Part shown: positions 29,533-31,500 of the stretch, piece after piece
Layout: each line of letters begins with the position of its first letter
Position numbering within the stretch: the stretch's first letter is position 1
Source of the DNA: a virus
Virus record (IMG/VR): IMGVR_UViG_3300045988_058378
Direction: 5' to 3' (one strand)
DNA: 31,500 nucleotides
Program-made: the position numbers and the translations under genes
Notes under the pieces: generated by a model
What the model was told of the DNA's origin: nothing
Database searches by the model: none
The model's input: the letters and a program-made list of their open reading frames with translations, nothing else

Positions 29533-29982
29533 TCACTGATAAATTGGGGTGACGCTCACACGAGTCAGCGGGAACGCCTTGGCGCCAAGCTTCTTAATTA
29601 CCTTGAGCCAATCGGTCTCGTAATCGTCGTTTTCTCCCAGCCAATTACAATGCGCTGGGCTGGTATATGGGTCTCCCTCGTCGTATGCTCTGATACTCCA
29701 ATCGCCTTCCGTATCCTTGCATAGAAGTAGTCCGGTGGAGGTAAGGTATAGGCCTTCTTCTTCGGGCTCCTTGAATTTCTTGTCAAGTTTGATATTTTCC
29801 GGGAAAATATTGTTTAATCCGTCTTGGAGTGCCTGTAAATCTTCCGTGGAGTAAAACCCAATGTCCAAACACCTTGTATGGTCTTGGTTGAGTCGTTCGT
29901 CTATGGATGCCGATTTAACGCCATCGATACGTAGGCTGTTGATGCCATTCTCGTAAGCGTAACGGGATACTGTGATAATCAT
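29533..29982 (-). CDS. Paralog family member B, 149 aa, unknown function
   Basis: AAAGGA RBS before the ATG at 29982. Motifs LNNIFPEN, EEGLYLTSTGLLL, DWSIR and FPLTRV. Confidence 0.7.
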   Translation of the reverse strand: MIITVSRYAYENGINSLRIDGVKSASIDERLNQDHTRCLDIGFYSTEDLQALQDGLNNIFPENIKLDKKFKEPEEEGLYLTSTGLLLCKDTEGDWSIRAYDEGDPYTSPAHCNWLGENDDYETDWLKVIKKLGAKAFPLTRVSVTPIYQ

Positions 29983-29993
29983 TTTTTGTCCTT

Positions 29994-30410
29994 TCATTCT
30001 GAAAATGGGGTAATGTTTACACGAGTTAGTGGCAGTGCGACTTTAGTTAATTTTTCGATGACATTTTGCCATTTCTCGTTGATTAAATGTAAGTGTGTTG
30101 GGTCCCATGCCAAGTATGGTGTAGTTGAGTCTTTGAATCGTATGACGCTCCACCCCCATTCATCTTTTAAGAGCAGTATTCCAGTTTGCGAGAGGTAATA
30201 CCCTTCTTCTTTTGGTTCTCTGAATTTTTCGTCTACGGTGACGTTTTCGGGGAAAAGATTATTTAACTCGTTTTGGAATTCTTTCAAATCGTCCAAGTTG
30301 CTGAATTGCAGTCGCACGGTGTTCGTGGGATTGCATTTGCCTCGTTTTACTCCGTGAATGGTCAGTGTTTCGCAGTCTGCGAATGATTGGTGGCTTACTT
30401 TTATTGACAT
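29994..30410 (-). CDS. Paralog family member A, 138 aa, unknown function
   Basis: AAAGGGG RBS. Motifs LNNLFPEN, EEGYYLSQTGILLL, WSVIR and LPLTRV. Confidence 0.7.
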   Translation of the reverse strand: MSIKVSHQSFADCETLTIHGVKRGKCNPTNTVRLQFSNLDDLKEFQNELNNLFPENVTVDEKFREPKEEGYYLSQTGILLLKDEWGWSVIRFKDSTTPYLAWDPTHLHLINEKWQNVIEKLTKVALPLTRVNITPFSE

Positions 30411-30477
30411 TTCATGCCCCTTTCATTGGTTGGCCTCACATTATCGATTATATATGATTACGGACGCGACACGCCGG
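30411..30477 (-). promoter_or_regulatory. Divergent class-II promoter cassette C6
   Basis: Minus sense: CCGGCGTGTCG-N14-TATAAT-CGAT... then AAAGGGG-N6-ATG. The box overlaps the last codons of the replication gene (SGVSRP*). Confidence 0.5.
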
Positions 30478-31228
30478 ACTCAATCTGAAAGCCGAAGAGG
30501 TCAGTTTGCGACTGCATCGCTTGGGCTAGATTCTGCATATTCCGTTCCGCGTTCGTGGCGGGCTTGCGTGCTCGCGGAGGGTCTGGACGGTATTCGTCGT
30601 TCCATCTTTCCCCGTTGAGCCATGTGGCGAAATTTGGAATAAATCTGGTTTCCGTGTTGGCGCACTGCGCGGCGAATGCTTGCACCTTGGCCATGAGGAA
30701 GGCACTGTTCATACCTACTTTTGCTTTACGCCATGCCTTGTAAGCTGCCATCTTGGCTACATGCTTCGGGTAGATTGTCCACAGTTGTTCGAACGCTGTC
30801 GGGTATTCTTCGCGCTTGTGTGGTGCTGGTTCCGTCGGTGCGGGTTCGCGTGTGGGTTCTACCGTGGTAGTCGATTCTGGAGCTTGGTAAAGCGTTTTAT
30901 CAAGCGTATCAGGCTTAGAGGAATCAGACTGGACATTACGTTCTTCGGTGGTCACATGGTAGACGGTTGATTTACGCACGCCATTTGCCGCATATCTTGG
31001 CTCACGAGTAATAAGCCCTTTGGCCTCTAGCGATTTCAGCGCGGTATAGACGCTACGTTCTCCGCACATTGCTTCGGCGGCTATCGTGGCCACTGACGGG
31101 AAGCACTGCCCGTTATCGTCAGTGTGGTCTACTAGAACGATGTAGACGAGTTTTTCCAAAGTGTTGTCAAAGTGCTTTCCTCTGATGACCCAGTGGCGCA
31201 TAGCACAAAAACCTTGAATATCTTGCAT
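30458..31228 (-). CDS. Replication initiator or replisome organiser with winged-helix HTH N-terminal domain
   Basis: LVYIVLVDHTDDNGQCFPSVATIAAEAMCGERSVYTALKSLEAKGLITRE is a wHTH pattern. The C-terminus FEQLWTIYPKHVAKMAAYKAWRKA is a motif common in phage replication proteins. The gene is adjacent to the iterons. The start is set at the leaderless ATG at 31228, because the longer track ORF translates the repeats. Confidence 0.6.
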   Translation of the reverse strand: MQDIQGFCAMRHWVIRGKHFDNTLEKLVYIVLVDHTDDNGQCFPSVATIAAEAMCGERSVYTALKSLEAKGLITREPRYAANGVRKSTVYHVTTEERNVQSDSSKPDTLDKTLYQAPESTTTVEPTREPAPTEPAPHKREEYPTAFEQLWTIYPKHVAKMAAYKAWRKAKVGMNSAFLMAKVQAFAAQCANTETRFIPNFATWLNGERWNDEYRPDPPRARKPATNAERNMQNLAQAMQSQTDLFGFQIESGVSRP

Positions 31229-31235
31229 AGATAAT

Positions 31236-31264
31236 ACTATAACACAAGATTGACGACGTTGCAA
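31236..31264 (-). promoter_or_regulatory. Sigma-70/SigA-type promoter TTGCAA-17 nt-TATAGT driving a leaderless rep mRNA
   Basis: Minus sense: -35 at 31264-31259 and -10 at 31241-31236. The ATG at 31228 is 7 nt downstream, with no SD. Confidence 0.6.
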
Positions 31265-31292
31265 AATTTTTTCTTTTAGTATTTTCTTTTTC

Positions 31293-31339
31293 TTACTATG
31301 GTTATACTTCCATTGGTTATTTTTACTATGGTTATACTT
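31293..31339. repeat. AT-rich region with two 17-bp direct repeats TTACTATGGTTATACTT (candidate DNA unwinding or accessory binding element)
   Basis: Copies at 31293-31309 and 31323-31339, with a third TGGTTAT between them. They lie between the rep promoter and the iteron array. Confidence 0.6.
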
Positions 31340-31343
31340 ATCC

Positions 31344-31500
31344 CTGCATGTGGTGCAGGGTAGTACTGCATGTGGTGCAGGGTAGTACTGCATGTGGTGC
31401 AGGGTAGTACTGCATGTGGTGCAGGGTAGTACTGCATGTGGTGCAGGGTAGTACTGCATGTGGTGCAGGGTAGTACTGCATGTGGTGCAGGGTAGTACTG
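31344..31500. repeat. Second view of the 22-bp iteron array (7.1 copies), identical to 1-157
   Basis: Units start at 31344, 31366, 31388, 31410, 31432, 31454 and 31476. Confidence 0.95.

Noticed and set aside
31229-31459. The N-terminal 77 codons of track ORF 30458..31459 (MQYYPAPHAVLPCTTC repeated).
   Set aside because: This peptide is simply the translation of the 22-bp iteron array and the AT-rich region. The leaderless promoter places the real start at 31228.
1-31500. Temperate lifestyle modules (integrase, CI/Cro switch, attP) or plasmid partition genes.
   Set aside because: No tyrosine or serine recombinase, ParA or ParM-like ORF is present. The ParB-like gene is a nuclease-domain type and is interrupted. 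Lifestyle therefore cannot be assigned from this sequence.

Overview
The window is one wrapped copy of a roughly 31.3 kb tailed-phage (siphovirus-like) replicon. Bases 1-157 are identical to 31344-31500, and both are a 22-bp tandem iteron-like array. From this array two near-consensus promoters fire divergently into leaderless genes. The plus arm (226-21795) encodes an Xis-type HTH protein, SSB, RusA and a putative TerS. It then carries an accessory island with a ParB-like gene, a GT-A-like gene, two tRNAs and one aberrant tRNA-like element. After that come TerL, a portal-MuF fusion, a prohead protease-major capsid fusion, tail genes and a lysis cassette with a signal-peptide GH25/LysM endolysin plus holin. 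The minus arm (31228 down to 21895) encodes a winged-helix replication initiator, three tandem paralogs, a DUF3310 protein, an ERF annealase, a YqaJ-like exonuclease, an HTH protein, many small ORFs and an HNH endonuclease. No integrase, partition system or CRISPR array is visible. The endolysin type and the absence of spanins suggest a Gram-positive host, which cannot be named from sequence alone. The most unusual feature is the minus-arm organisation. A conserved ~65-bp promoter/5'UTR cassette with a non-canonical upstream box occurs six times there, plus a seventh promoter-only copy on the plus strand ahead of the tRNAs. In five of the six minus-arm copies it is followed by exactly one small ORF, a GC-rich hairpin (GCAA tetraloop in four, ACGC in one), and then the functional genes. 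Other points worth a second look: in-frame TAG or TAA stops in three otherwise intact-looking genes next to a phage tRNA-Gln(UUG), a structured ~190-nt RNA spacer, a consensus promoter driving a ~90-nt terminated transcript, and two very acidic early proteins.
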